Both the position numbers and the translations under genes were made by a program. A stretch of DNA of 64,000 nucleotides from Ancalomicrobiaceae bacterium (lineage in GTDB: Bacteria > Pseudomonadota > Alphaproteobacteria > Rhizobiales > Ancalomicrobiaceae), in NCBI GenBank assembly GCA_031291595.1, contig JARLIU010000221.1, positions 12,558 to 76,557 on the forward strand, read 5' to 3'. The notes under the pieces were generated by a model that was given only the letters and a program-made list of their open reading frames with translations, was not told the DNA's origin and did no database searches. This document shows positions 55,452 through 64,000 of the stretch, piece after piece. Numbering within the stretch: the first letter of the stretch is position 1; each line of letters opens with the position of its first letter.

Positions 55452-57305
55452 CTATCGCACCGGCACGACCGCCAGCGCGACCACGGCCGGGCCGGTGAAG
55501 CGGCCGGGACTGCCGGCGATCGGGGCGGCGGAGAAGCCGATGTCCAGCACCTGCGCCGGCTTGACGATCAGCTGCGGCACGCTGTCCTGGTCTGGGTGCT
55601 GCAACTTCGACATCGTGCGGGCACGGTCGGCGCCGGCAGCATCGAGCAGGCCGGCCTCGATCTGGTCGGACACGTGCGACACCAGTCGCGTCATCGGATC
55701 GGCGCGATCGCCCTTCGGCGCGGCGGCTGGAGCGGGCATCGGCGCGGCAGCAAGCGAGCGCCCGGCATTGAGGGTCGCGGGCGGCATGACCGCCTGCGAT
55801 TCGCCGGGCGAAAGCGACGCCATTCTGACGCCGGTCGAGCGGTCGCGGCTGACGGAGGTTACCGAGCGCGGGTCACCAGCCGGCGGGTCGGGAAGCGCGC
55901 TGACCGGGGCATAGCCGAGGATGACGGCGGAAATGTCGTCCCTGGGCGTTCCGGTCAAGGCCGAGAAAGCATCGTCGATGCTGCCGTGCGGATCGATCGA
56001 GGCCACAGTGGTCATCGGCTTCGGCCGCGGTGTCGGCACGCTGGCGAACAGCGGCTTTTCGGCCGGCAGCGGCACGGCAAACGGCTTGGCGGCGAACCGC
56101 GACGGCAGGACGGCAGCTGGCTGCGCCGCCGGTTGCAGCGATGCGGGTTGGGGACCGGTCGTCCAGCCACGCGGCTGGATGGCGCCGGGAGCGGATTCCG
56201 GCTCACGCTGCGGCAGATCGCGGGCCGTCGGCGGGTTGGGCAGACTGGCGAGCACGACGGGTGCGGCTTGCGGTCCGGCCGGCTGTTCCTCGGCGGGATG
56301 CGGTGCCAGCCGCGGGGCGTACGAGGCGATCACCGGTTTCGGCGCCGGAGCGGCAGCCGGGGCAGCGGCGGGAATGCGGGCCTGCACCGCGGGCTTGACC
56401 GGAACGGTGGCCTGCGGCGCCGGCGCCGCGGTCTCCTCGTCGTCTTCTTCCGCCCGCTTCGGCCCACCGAACAGCGAGGCGAAAATGTTGCCCGCGGGCC
56501 TCACGACGTCGCCCGGGCGGGCGTCTGGCTGGCCGATGCCGGCGATCTGCGTCTGCCCGGAATGGCGATGCTGGTATTCGGCTACGGCGTCCTGGTAGTG
56601 CGGCAACGGTCCGCCGTCGGCCGGCAGATGCATCGTCTTGCCGTTCGGGAACAGCCGCACCAGCTGTTCGCGCGACATGCGCGGCCAGGCACGCACGTTG
56701 CCGGTATCCATGTGCACGAACGGCGAGCCGGAGGTCGGATAGAAACCGACGCCGCCGTTCTGCTCCTTCATGCCGATTTCGCGCAGGCGTTCCAGGTTCA
56801 CGCCCGGGAGATAGAAGTCGAGCGCCTTGCCGAGCGTGTGCTGGCTGAATTTGGCAACGCCGCGCGAGCGGGAGCGCAGCATGTTGTTGGTGCCGGACGT
56901 GCGATAGCCGCAGACGACCTCGATCGGACCGGTGGTGCCGGATTCGCGATAGACCTCCCAGATGAGGTCGAACAACGCCGGGTCCATCTTGATGACTTCG
57001 TTCTTGCGCCAGTCGCGCAGGATGTAGTTGAGCTTCTTCAACCCCTCCTGGTCGTAGACGCCGTCGCGCTTGAACACGATGGTCGCCGTCTCGCCGGTAT
57101 GGGTGTGATGGATGTACAGGGCCCGCGTATCGGCCAGGGCGGGCGCGGCGACGACGACGGGCGCGAGCAGCAGCGCCGCGACGAACGAGACGGCGGCCAG
57201 CCAGCCGCACTTGCCGGATCGGGGCGTGACAGATCGCGATGTTGCCGCCCGAGATGGGGCGTGCGTATCGGTTTCGCCAAGGCGACGACTACTGGTTCGA
57301 CTCAT
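55452..57305 (-). CDS. DUF882 / peptidase M15A family protein (YcbK/MepK-like) with a long Pro/Ala-rich C-terminal extension
   Basis: Lies within ORF 55452..57398. Start at MSRTSSRR. Domain text LYIHHTHTGETATIVF...LNYILRDWRKNEVIKMDPALFDLIWEV...VCGYRTSGTNNMLR...SQHTLGKALDFYLPGV...GGVGFYPTSGSPFVHMDTGNVRAW. Confidence 0.85.
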   Translation of the reverse strand: MSRTSSRRLGETDTHAPSRAATSRSVTPRSGKCGWLAAVSFVAALLLAPVVVAAPALADTRALYIHHTHTGETATIVFKRDGVYDQEGLKKLNYILRDWRKNEVIKMDPALFDLIWEVYRESGTTGPIEVVCGYRTSGTNNMLRSRSRGVAKFSQHTLGKALDFYLPGVNLERLREIGMKEQNGGVGFYPTSGSPFVHMDTGNVRAWPRMSREQLVRLFPNGKTMHLPADGGPLPHYQDAVAEYQHRHSGQTQIAGIGQPDARPGDVVRPAGNIFASLFGGPKRAEEDDEETAAPAPQATVPVKPAVQARIPAAAPAAAPAPKPVIASYAPRLAPHPAEEQPAGPQAAPVVLASLPNPPTARDLPQREPESAPGAIQPRGWTTGPQPASLQPAAQPAAVLPSRFAAKPFAVPLPAEKPLFASVPTPRPKPMTTVASIDPHGSIDDAFSALTGTPRDDISAVILGYAPVSALPDPPAGDPRSVTSVSRDRSTGVRMASLSPGESQAVMPPATLNAGRSLAAAPMPAPAAAPKGDRADPMTRLVSHVSDQIEAGLLDAAGADRARTMSKLQHPDQDSVPQLIVKPAQVLDIGFSAAPIAGSPGRFTGPAVVALAVVPVR

Positions 57306-57464
57306 GGCGAACACTGTCAAACGCTCTACACCCAAGGACGACCTCGACTTTCGGCAAGGCCATCCGGCCCGGCATGTCCCATCCCCCAAGGCCCTCACGT
57401 TCGCTCGGACTGGTTAAGGAAGCTTTTACCCTAGAAGCCTGTGTGCTGAAAAGATGACACCTCG

Positions 57465-57505
57465 ATAAAAAAAGCAAAAGCTACACACATTTTTGCTGTG
57501 TGTGG
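57465..57505 (-). terminator. intrinsic terminator between the ldtD-like and DUF882 genes
   Basis: Minus strand: CCACACACA-GCAAAAA-UGUGUGUAG, then CUUUUGCUUUUUUUAU. It lies 349 nt after the ldtD-like stop and 160 nt before the DUF882 start. Confidence 0.55.
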
Positions 57506-57853
57506 CATCGAATGCGGCAAAATTAGGGAAATCTAAGTGTTTTCAGGCATGAGGCCTATCGGATTGAGGTGTTTCGGCCGGACGCGGTATTGTTAACTTT
57601 AATAAACGGCTGGCTCCGGTCGGGATCAGGTTCATCCCAACCGTTGTTCGTTGCGACCGGAGTCAAGCGTCGATGCCGCGGAGTTCCGGCGCCGCGGAGC
57701 GTCCGCCAGAGCGCGATGCCGTCACATGCGGACATGTCGCAGCTGAATCAGCGCTGCTAGGCGTTCGATGGACGCGTTGCGTCATCGAATCCCCCCTGCC
57801 CGGCCGGCAGCCGGTTCATCCGCCGTCGCGTGTCCCGTTCGGGCGAACCGAAC

Positions 57854-60304
57854 TTACAACCCGAGGATCTGCTTGACCTTGGCGTTGTGGCCGTAGAGGT
57901 CGGGGCGGACCTGCAGCACGCCGGCATCGTCGACAAAATAGGTGAAATAGGCGATGTGCACCGGGATCGGCCGCTTCAGCCACAGGTACTTTTCGCCGCC
58001 GCCGATCATCGATTTCAGCTTGGCGCCGGTGATGGCGGTCGGCTCTTCGGCGAGCAGCGCGTCGGCAAACGAGAACGGCTCCTGCACGCGCACGCAGCCA
58101 TGCGACAGCGACCGGTAGGACTGCTGGAACAGGCCGCGCGACGAGGTGTCGTGGATGTAGACCGAATGCTGGTTCGGGAACATGAACTTGATGTTGCCGA
58201 GGGCATTGCCGTCGCCGGGCCGCTGGCGCAGGTGGATCTGCGCGGGATTGACCGTCGTCCAGTCGACCGCGGTCGGATCGACCACCCTGTTGCCGACTTC
58301 GACCTCGAAGTTGCCGCGCGTCAGCGACGCGCCCTGCGTCTCCGCCGCCTTGCCGATGTATTCCTTCTTGACGATGGAGATCGGCACATTCCAGTAGGGA
58401 TTGACGATGATGTGCGTCATCGTCTGCGAGAAGATCGGCGTCTGGTTCTGCACCCGGCCGACGATGACGCGGGCGCGATGGGTGACGACCCCGTCGTTGA
58501 CCACCGTCAGCGAGAAGTCCGGCACATTGACCATGACGTAGACGCTGCCGAGATCGCGCGGCAGCCAGCGCCAGCGTTCCATGTTGGCGATGATGTCGGC
58601 AGCCTTGGAATCGGTACCGTTGGCCGCCTCGTTGACGGCATTGACCGTCAGCGGACCGACGAGGCCGGAGGCGTTGAGGCCCTTGGCCTTCTGGAAGGTC
58701 TTCACCGCCTGGACGAGGGCCGGATCATACAGATCGGCATCGGTCGCGGTCGGGGTTCCGGTAACGCCGAGCCGGTCGCGCAGCAGCGCGATGCGGGCAT
58801 CCTTGTCGCCGGGGCGGATCAGCGGGCCGGCGGGCACGCGGGCAATCGGCGTGGCCGGCTTCTGCGGTCCGAGTTCGGCGAGCTTGGCCTTCAGGCGCTT
58901 GTAGCCTTCGTGCGGCGGGTTGAACGCTTCGAGCGCCGCCGAGATGTCGGAGGCGGCGGCGAGCGTCTTCAGGATGTCTTCCGGCTTTGGCACCGGCGGC
59001 TTGGCGGTCACCAGTTCCGACAGGCGGATCGGATCGAAACGGCCGGCTTCAGCCTGACGGGCGTATTTCAGCGAGGACTCGATCAGCTGCAATTCGGCCT
59101 TGGCGAGATCCTCCGCCTGCGGTCCGTCGCCAAGCGTCGGCACGGGATAATCGGTGACTTCCAACCCATCCTCGGCGGCGCGACCCAACCGATCGATGGC
59201 CTCGAGCCCATGGGCGGCGAGGCCCTTGCCGTCGACGAACAGCGGCGCGTAGGCGCGCTCGGCATAGAACGCCGAGATCGCCGCCCATTCCTTCTTTTCG
59301 TCGAAGGCGGCGTGGCGGTCCTCGACCGGCTTCTGGGCCAGGCGGGCATCGATCGCGGCCTGCAAGCCGGCGGAAAGATCGCTGGCGGCGACGCCGAGAT
59401 ACACCGGTGCGACCGGCGGCGGCGGCGCGGCGGCCGGTTCGGCCGGGGCCACGGCAACCACCGGGTCAGAGCTGGCAGGAGCGGGCGCAGCCGTCGCAGC
59501 CGGCTCGGCTGTCGGCGCGGTCGCCACGGCGATCGGGGCAGAAGTCCTGGCGACGAGTGCCGGCTCGGCTGCCGGGAGTGCGGCCGGAGCGGCAGCGACC
59601 ACTGGAGCGGGCGCGGGTGCGACCACAGGGGCCGGAGCGGCAGCGACGCTCGGCATCTCGGCCGGCTTGGTGCTCGCCGCCGGCAGTTCGACCTTGACCA
59701 CATCCGTGGGTGCCACGGCGGTGGACGCGGGCGCCGAGGCATCCGGTTGCGGCTCGATCTTGGCGATATCGGGCGTCGTGGCGGGCTGCGCCTCGTCGGT
59801 CTTCGCCTCGGTCGGCTGCGGCGCGGGCGCGGCAGCAACGTCTGGCGCCGGAGCAAGAGTCGGAGCAGGGGCAATAGCGGCTGTTTCGGGTTGCGGCGCG
59901 GCCGGGGTCTCGGCCTTAACCGCATCGGGGTTCACCGCTGCGGGCGTCACCGCCTCGCCGGTCGGGCCAACGCCTGGAGGCGTATCGGCGAGCATCTGCT
60001 GGCCGGCAGCCGGCGCTTCGTCTGGCGCCTTCGCCGATTGGATCGACGACTCCGCCGGGACCGCGGCGCCGGCCGGTTCGGCCACATCGCGCACATTCGA
60101 CGGCTCGGGCAGCACGCGCGGGCCGGCAGCCGTCTCGCCGCTGAGCGGCGTTGCCGCTGTTGCGTCGACCGGCGGCGTTACCGCTGTCGCACTGATGGGC
60201 GGCGTTACCGCCGGGGCAGGCACGTCGTCAGCAGATGCGCGCGCGACGCTGATGGCGATCAGTGCGGTGCCGCACAGAACCGACGACCACAGGCGTTTAG
60301 ACAT
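57854..60304 (-). CDS. L,D-transpeptidase (YcbB/LdtD-like) with PG-binding domain and ~330-aa Ala/Pro-rich N-terminal region
   Basis: Lies within ORF 57854..60325. Start at MSKRLWSSVLCGTALIAISVARA (signal peptide). PG_binding_1-like LVQAVKTFQKAKGLNASGLVGPLT. YkuD catalytic text IHDTSSRGLFQQSYRSLSHGCVRV. Confidence 0.85.
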   Translation of the reverse strand: MSKRLWSSVLCGTALIAISVARASADDVPAPAVTPPISATAVTPPVDATAATPLSGETAAGPRVLPEPSNVRDVAEPAGAAVPAESSIQSAKAPDEAPAAGQQMLADTPPGVGPTGEAVTPAAVNPDAVKAETPAAPQPETAAIAPAPTLAPAPDVAAAPAPQPTEAKTDEAQPATTPDIAKIEPQPDASAPASTAVAPTDVVKVELPAASTKPAEMPSVAAAPAPVVAPAPAPVVAAAPAALPAAEPALVARTSAPIAVATAPTAEPAATAAPAPASSDPVVAVAPAEPAAAPPPPVAPVYLGVAASDLSAGLQAAIDARLAQKPVEDRHAAFDEKKEWAAISAFYAERAYAPLFVDGKGLAAHGLEAIDRLGRAAEDGLEVTDYPVPTLGDGPQAEDLAKAELQLIESSLKYARQAEAGRFDPIRLSELVTAKPPVPKPEDILKTLAAASDISAALEAFNPPHEGYKRLKAKLAELGPQKPATPIARVPAGPLIRPGDKDARIALLRDRLGVTGTPTATDADLYDPALVQAVKTFQKAKGLNASGLVGPLTVNAVNEAANGTDSKAADIIANMERWRWLPRDLGSVYVMVNVPDFSLTVVNDGVVTHRARVIVGRVQNQTPIFSQTMTHIIVNPYWNVPISIVKKEYIGKAAETQGASLTRGNFEVEVGNRVVDPTAVDWTTVNPAQIHLRQRPGDGNALGNIKFMFPNQHSVYIHDTSSRGLFQQSYRSLSHGCVRVQEPFSFADALLAEEPTAITGAKLKSMIGGGEKYLWLKRPIPVHIAYFTYFVDDAGVLQVRPDLYGHNAKVKQILGL

Positions 60305-60393
60305 GGCGGAAGGCTCCCGTCGCAACTCTTAGCCAGAATGGATCTTAGACGCTAATACTTACAAATCTTGGCCGGCACACCAAAAACTAAGCG

Positions 60394-61977
60394 CTAGCTG
60401 GCCACTTCAAAATCCAGTGTGTCATCCAAACCATATTCCTTGAGCTTGCGATAGAGGGTCGAGCGGCCGATGCCAAGCCGTCTTGCCACCTCGGACATGC
60501 GGCCAGCGTAATGTTCGATGGCAATCCGGATCATCTCCTCCTCAATCGCCGATAGTGTCCGGACGTGACCCTTCTCGTCGAGCGAGCGCAGAAAGCCGAA
60601 CGGCGCCGGACCCGATCCGGCGGCAAACGCCCCAGCCGACGGCGACCATTGCGACATCGGGCCGACACCGTTGCCGGCCGACATCGGGACTGCTGCCAGT
60701 TCCGGTTGTCGCGCGCGGACGGGCGCGGCGGCGCCCGCAGGCATCCGCTCGGCGGCGAGGAGCGGGGCATTCGCCAGCTTCGGCAGCGCCCCGACCTGGG
60801 CGCTGATCTGCGGGAAATCGTCGATCGTCAGGTATGTTCCGTCGTTCAATACCACGGCGCGGAACACGGCATTCTCGAGCTGCCGGATGTTTCCGGGCCA
60901 ATCATAGGCTTGCAGAAGTTGAAGTACCTCGGCCGTCGCTCCAATCAGCCGGCGTTTCTTCTCTTCGGCCGAGAACCGCGCGATGAAGTGCTGTACCAGT
61001 TCAGGGATGTCTTCCTTGCGCTCGCGCAGTGGCGGGATCCAGATCGGGAAGACATTGACCCGATAATACAGATCTTCGCGGAAATGACCATCTTTGGTCA
61101 GATCGAGCAGGCTGCGGTTGGTCGCGGAGATCAGGCGGAAATCCACCTTGATCGGCCGCCGGGCGCCGACCGGATCGATCTCGCCTTCCTGGACGGCCCG
61201 CAACAATTTCACCTGAATGTCCGGTGCAAGCTCGCCGACTTCGTCCAGGAACAGCGTGCCGCCGTGCGCTTCCTGGAATTTGCCGATGTGGCGGTCGACC
61301 GCGCCGGTGAACGCTCCCTTCTCGTGCCCGAACAGGATGGACTCGACCAGGTTCTCGGGGATGGCACCGCAATTCACCGTGACGAACGGCTTGGAGCGGC
61401 GGTCGGACGAACCTTGGATTGCACGCGCGATGAGTTCCTTGCCGACGCCCGATTCACCTTCCACGAGAATGGGAATGTTGGAGCTGGCGGCGCGCTCGCC
61501 GAGACGGATGACGCGGGCCATCGCCGGGCTCTTGGTCGCCAGGTCGGCAAAGGTGAGCGTACCGGTGGTCGAACGCCTGATGCGGGTGACTTCACTTTCT
61601 AGTGAGGCAACGCGCAGCGCCGTCTGGATCGACACCTGCAGCCGCTCGTAGGACACCGGCTTGACGATGAAGTCGACCGCGCCGGCGCGCATGGCCGACA
61701 CGACGACGTCGATGCCGCCGTGGCTCGTCTGCACGATCACCGGCAGGCTCGTACCCATTTCCGACAGTTTGCCGAGCACGCCCATGCCGTCGAGGTCGGG
61801 CATGACGAGATCAAGCACCATGAGGGCGATCTCCGGACCGTTCGGGCCGCTCAGAATCGTCAGCGCCTCCTGGCCGCCGGCAGCCGTCATGGTGGCGTGC
61901 CCCAGGCGCTTCAAGGATTCCTCCAGGAGGCGGCGCTGGATCGGATCGTCGTCGACGATGAGAATGCGATCGGCCAT
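60394..61977 (-). CDS. sigma54-dependent response regulator (NtrC family; TacA-like)
   Basis: REC domain (ILIVDDD...DLVMPDLDG). AAA+ Walker A GESGVGKE. GAFTGA sigma54-contact loop (EKGAFTGA). C-terminal Fis-type HTH RRLGIGRSTLYRKLKEY. Confidence 0.85.
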   Translation of the reverse strand: MADRILIVDDDPIQRRLLEESLKRLGHATMTAAGGQEALTILSGPNGPEIALMVLDLVMPDLDGMGVLGKLSEMGTSLPVIVQTSHGGIDVVVSAMRAGAVDFIVKPVSYERLQVSIQTALRVASLESEVTRIRRSTTGTLTFADLATKSPAMARVIRLGERAASSNIPILVEGESGVGKELIARAIQGSSDRRSKPFVTVNCGAIPENLVESILFGHEKGAFTGAVDRHIGKFQEAHGGTLFLDEVGELAPDIQVKLLRAVQEGEIDPVGARRPIKVDFRLISATNRSLLDLTKDGHFREDLYYRVNVFPIWIPPLRERKEDIPELVQHFIARFSAEEKKRRLIGATAEVLQLLQAYDWPGNIRQLENAVFRAVVLNDGTYLTIDDFPQISAQVGALPKLANAPLLAAERMPAGAAAPVRARQPELAAVPMSAGNGVGPMSQWSPSAGAFAAGSGPAPFGFLRSLDEKGHVRTLSAIEEEMIRIAIEHYAGRMSEVARRLGIGRSTLYRKLKEYGLDDTLDFEVAS

Positions 61978-62038
61978 CAGTGGTGTTCAACTCGCGAAGC
62001 GGATGTTTCGTTCTGGGGCGACTTTCGCCCGGCAAACG

Positions 62039-62054
62039 TTAAGCAGTCGCTAAC
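62039..62054. promoter_or_regulatory. CtrA-box-like site upstream of the TacA-like gene
   Basis: TTAA-gcagtcg-CTAAC versus consensus TTAA-N7-TTAAC (8 of 9 specified positions), 62-77 nt upstream of the ATG at 61977. Confidence 0.3.
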
Positions 62055-62199
62055 GGGCCGTCCCGCTTCAGGCATTTTGGGAGGCAAGCGTAAAGTGTTG
62101 CATCGGTGGCCGACTCGGCGGGCCCTAGGCACTTTCCGTGCGGCTCCCGCCGATCCATATGTAGACGATCGTTTGCTGATGCCTTCGAGGTCACCATTG

Positions 62200-64000
62200 A
62201 TGAATCCGTTGCAGTCGCCCGCCGATCCCGCCGCCGAACCCCAACTCGGCACCCTGCCGGAATGGAACCTAGCCGACCTCTATTCGGGCCTCGACGCGCC
62301 CGAGCTCGCCGCCGATCTGCGGCGCGCGCTGGATCGCTCGGTCGCCTTCGAGGCGGCAGCCAAGGGCAGATTGGCAGGGATCGTGGCCGAGGGCGATGCG
62401 GCCGGGTTTCTGGCGTTCGTCCGCGACTACGAGGCGCTCGGCGACCTGATGGGTCGCATCGGTTCCTACGCCGGGCTGGTCTATGCCGGCGACACTGCCG
62501 ATCCGGCGTTTTCGAAATTCTATGGCGACGTGCAGAGCAGGCTCACCGAAGCCTCCACGCATCTGATCTTCTTCGAATTGGAACTCAACCGGCTCGACGA
62601 CGCGGCGCTCGACGTGCTGGTCAAGGCCGACGACGGCTTGCGGCGCTACGCCCCTTGGTTCGCCGACATCCGCAAGGACAAGCCCTACCAACTCGCCGAC
62701 GAGATCGAGCGGCTGTTTCACGAAAAGTCGCAGACCGGCGCCGTCGCCTGGAACCGGCTGTTCGACGAGACGCTGGCGGCCATGCGCTTCAAGGTCGGTT
62801 CCGACGAACTGGCGCTCGAAGCGACGCTGAACCTGTTGCAGGACCCCGACGAGGCCAAGCGCAAGGCCGGCGCCGAGGCGCTGGCCGAGACCTTCAAGGC
62901 GAACCTCAGGACGCTGACGCTCGTTACCAACGTGCTCGCCAAGGACAAGGAGATTTCCGACCGCTGGCGTGGCTTCGCCGACGTCGCCGACAGCCGGCAT
63001 CTGGCCAACCGGGTCGAGCGCGAGGTGGTGGAGGCGCTGGTCGCTGCCGTCCGCGCCGCCTTCCCGCGACTGTCGCACCGCTATTATGGCCTGAAGGCCA
63101 AGTGGTTGGGCAAGGAGGTGCTGGAGCACTGGGACCGCAACGCGCCCTTGCCGAAGGACGATCACCGCGTGATTCCCTGGGGTGAGGCCCGCGACAAGGT
63201 GCTGTCGGCCTATGGCCGCTTCTCGCCCGAGATGGCCGAGATTGCCGGCCGGTTCTTCGATCACGGCTGGATCGACGCGCCGACGCGGCCCGGCAAGGCG
63301 CCGGGAGCCTTTGCCCATCCGACCGTGCCGTCCGCCCACCCCTATGTGCTGGTCAACTACCAGGGCAAGACCCGCGACGTGATGACGCTGGCGCATGAGC
63401 TCGGCCATGGCGTGCATCAGGTGCTGGCCGCCCCGAACGGCGCCTTGATGGCGCCGACGCCGCTGACGCTGGCCGAGACGGCATCGGTGTTCGGCGAGAT
63501 GCTGACCTTCCGCTCGCTGTTGGCCGAGGCCAAGACCCCGGCGGAGAAGAAATCGATGCTCGCCGCCAAGGTCGAGGATATGCTCAACACGGTGGTGCGC
63601 CAGATCGCCTTCTATACGTTCGAGCGCAAGGTGCACACCGAGCGGGCGGCGGGCGAATTGACGGCAGAACGGCTCGGCCAGATTTGGCTCGAGGTGCAGA
63701 GCGAAAGCCTCGGTCCGGCAATTCGTTTCTCGCCCGGCTACGAGACGTTCTGGACCTACATCGGCCACTTCGTGCATTCGCCGTTCTATGTCTATGCCTA
63801 TGCCTTTGGCGACTGTCTGGTGAATTCGCTTTATGCCCGTTACGAGCAGGCGGCCGAGGGGTTCCAGGAGAAGTATTTCGCGCTGTTGTCGGCCGGCGGC
63901 ACCAAGCACCACACCGAGTTGCTCGCCCCCTTCGGGCTCGATGCCACCGACCCGAATTTCTGGTCGCTCGGCCTCGGCGTCATCGAGCGGATGATCGACG
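62200..64000 (+). CDS. pepF: M3B oligoendopeptidase F family (PepF), C-terminus beyond the right edge
   Basis: Hand-translated from the ATG at 62200: MNPLQSPADPAAEPQLGTLPEWNLADLYSG...; zinc motif TLAHELGHGVHQ. The frame is open to the window end, so it is absent from the ORF track. Confidence 0.85.
   Translation, partial: MNPLQSPADPAAEPQLGTLPEWNLADLYSGLDAPELAADLRRALDRSVAFEAAAKGRLAGIVAEGDAAGFLAFVRDYEALGDLMGRIGSYAGLVYAGDTADPAFSKFYGDVQSRLTEASTHLIFFELELNRLDDAALDVLVKADDGLRRYAPWFADIRKDKPYQLADEIERLFHEKSQTGAVAWNRLFDETLAAMRFKVGSDELALEATLNLLQDPDEAKRKAGAEALAETFKANLRTLTLVTNVLAKDKEISDRWRGFADVADSRHLANRVEREVVEALVAAVRAAFPRLSHRYYGLKAKWLGKEVLEHWDRNAPLPKDDHRVIPWGEARDKVLSAYGRFSPEMAEIAGRFFDHGWIDAPTRPGKAPGAFAHPTVPSAHPYVLVNYQGKTRDVMTLAHELGHGVHQVLAAPNGALMAPTPLTLAETASVFGEMLTFRSLLAEAKTPAEKKSMLAAKVEDMLNTVVRQIAFYTFERKVHTERAAGELTAERLGQIWLEVQSESLGPAIRFSPGYETFWTYIGHFVHSPFYVYAYAFGDCLVNSLYARYEQAAEGFQEKYFALLSAGGTKHHTELLAPFGLDATDPNFWSLGLGVIERMID

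Noticed and set aside
57593-57607. CtrA box upstream of the DUF882 gene
   Set aside because: TTAA-N7-AAAC: the second half-site does not match TTAA(C).
55338-60355. Long plus-strand ORFs (55338..57434, 57830..60355) opposite the DUF882 and L,D-transpeptidase genes
   Set aside because: Shadow ORFs. The Pro/Ala-rich coding regions leave all frames open.
62269-63912. 547-aa minus-strand ORF and the 62106..63185 plus-strand ORF over the pepF region
   Set aside because: The 62200 frame carries the HELGH zinc motif and coherent M3 peptidase text to the window edge. The others are off-frame or antisense.

Overview
GC-rich, gene-dense chromosomal segment that looks alphaproteobacterial (Rhizobiales-type; inferred from gene content and the intergenic repeats). 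All protein families were recognised by eye from motifs. No database search or folding program was run. Most of the window is housekeeping or transport: ugpBAEC, a second sugar ABC operon, an FTR1/cupredoxin iron uptake pair, a KefB-like antiporter, prfC, pip, a GST, pyk, rpmJ, gapR, an ldtD/mepK-like pair, a sigma54 response regulator and pepF.

Two regions are accessory.

(1) 4868-19092 is a 14.2-kb island. It is bounded by a perfect 47-bp direct repeat of the 3' half of a tRNA(CAU) gene, and a tyrosine integrase sits next to the intact tRNA. It holds only the distal-tail half of a siphovirus/RcGTA-type late operon (g10.1-like, tape measure, g12-g15 homologues) plus leftovers of a lysis cassette. 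A short early operon of unknown small proteins runs the other way. I see no head, packaging, tail-tube or replication genes. There appear to be two internal deletion scars. My best reading is a decayed prophage; a tail-tip-only satellite is the less likely alternative.

(2) 27693-34225 is a same-strand cluster of three paralogous ~510-550-aa polytopic membrane proteins with GT-C-like features. They flank a GtrB/ArnC-type GT2 and a GtrA-type flippase. I read this as a one-donor, three-transferase periplasmic glycosylation system with an unknown acceptor, and it is my best candidate for an uncharacterised system.

Other points worth a second look:
- an in-frame Cro/YdaS-like HTH extension on a RibBX-type gene
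- a promoter-to-terminator ~90-nt candidate sRNA with CCUCC motifs
- three copies of a GC-rich palindromic intergenic repeat placed inside or after ABC operons
- a perfect 46-nt palindrome abutting the pyk ribosome-binding site
- a promoter plus terminator-like hairpin upstream of rpmJ
- a signal-peptide-like stretch upstream of the first ATG of an RlpA-like gene, with no canonical start codon
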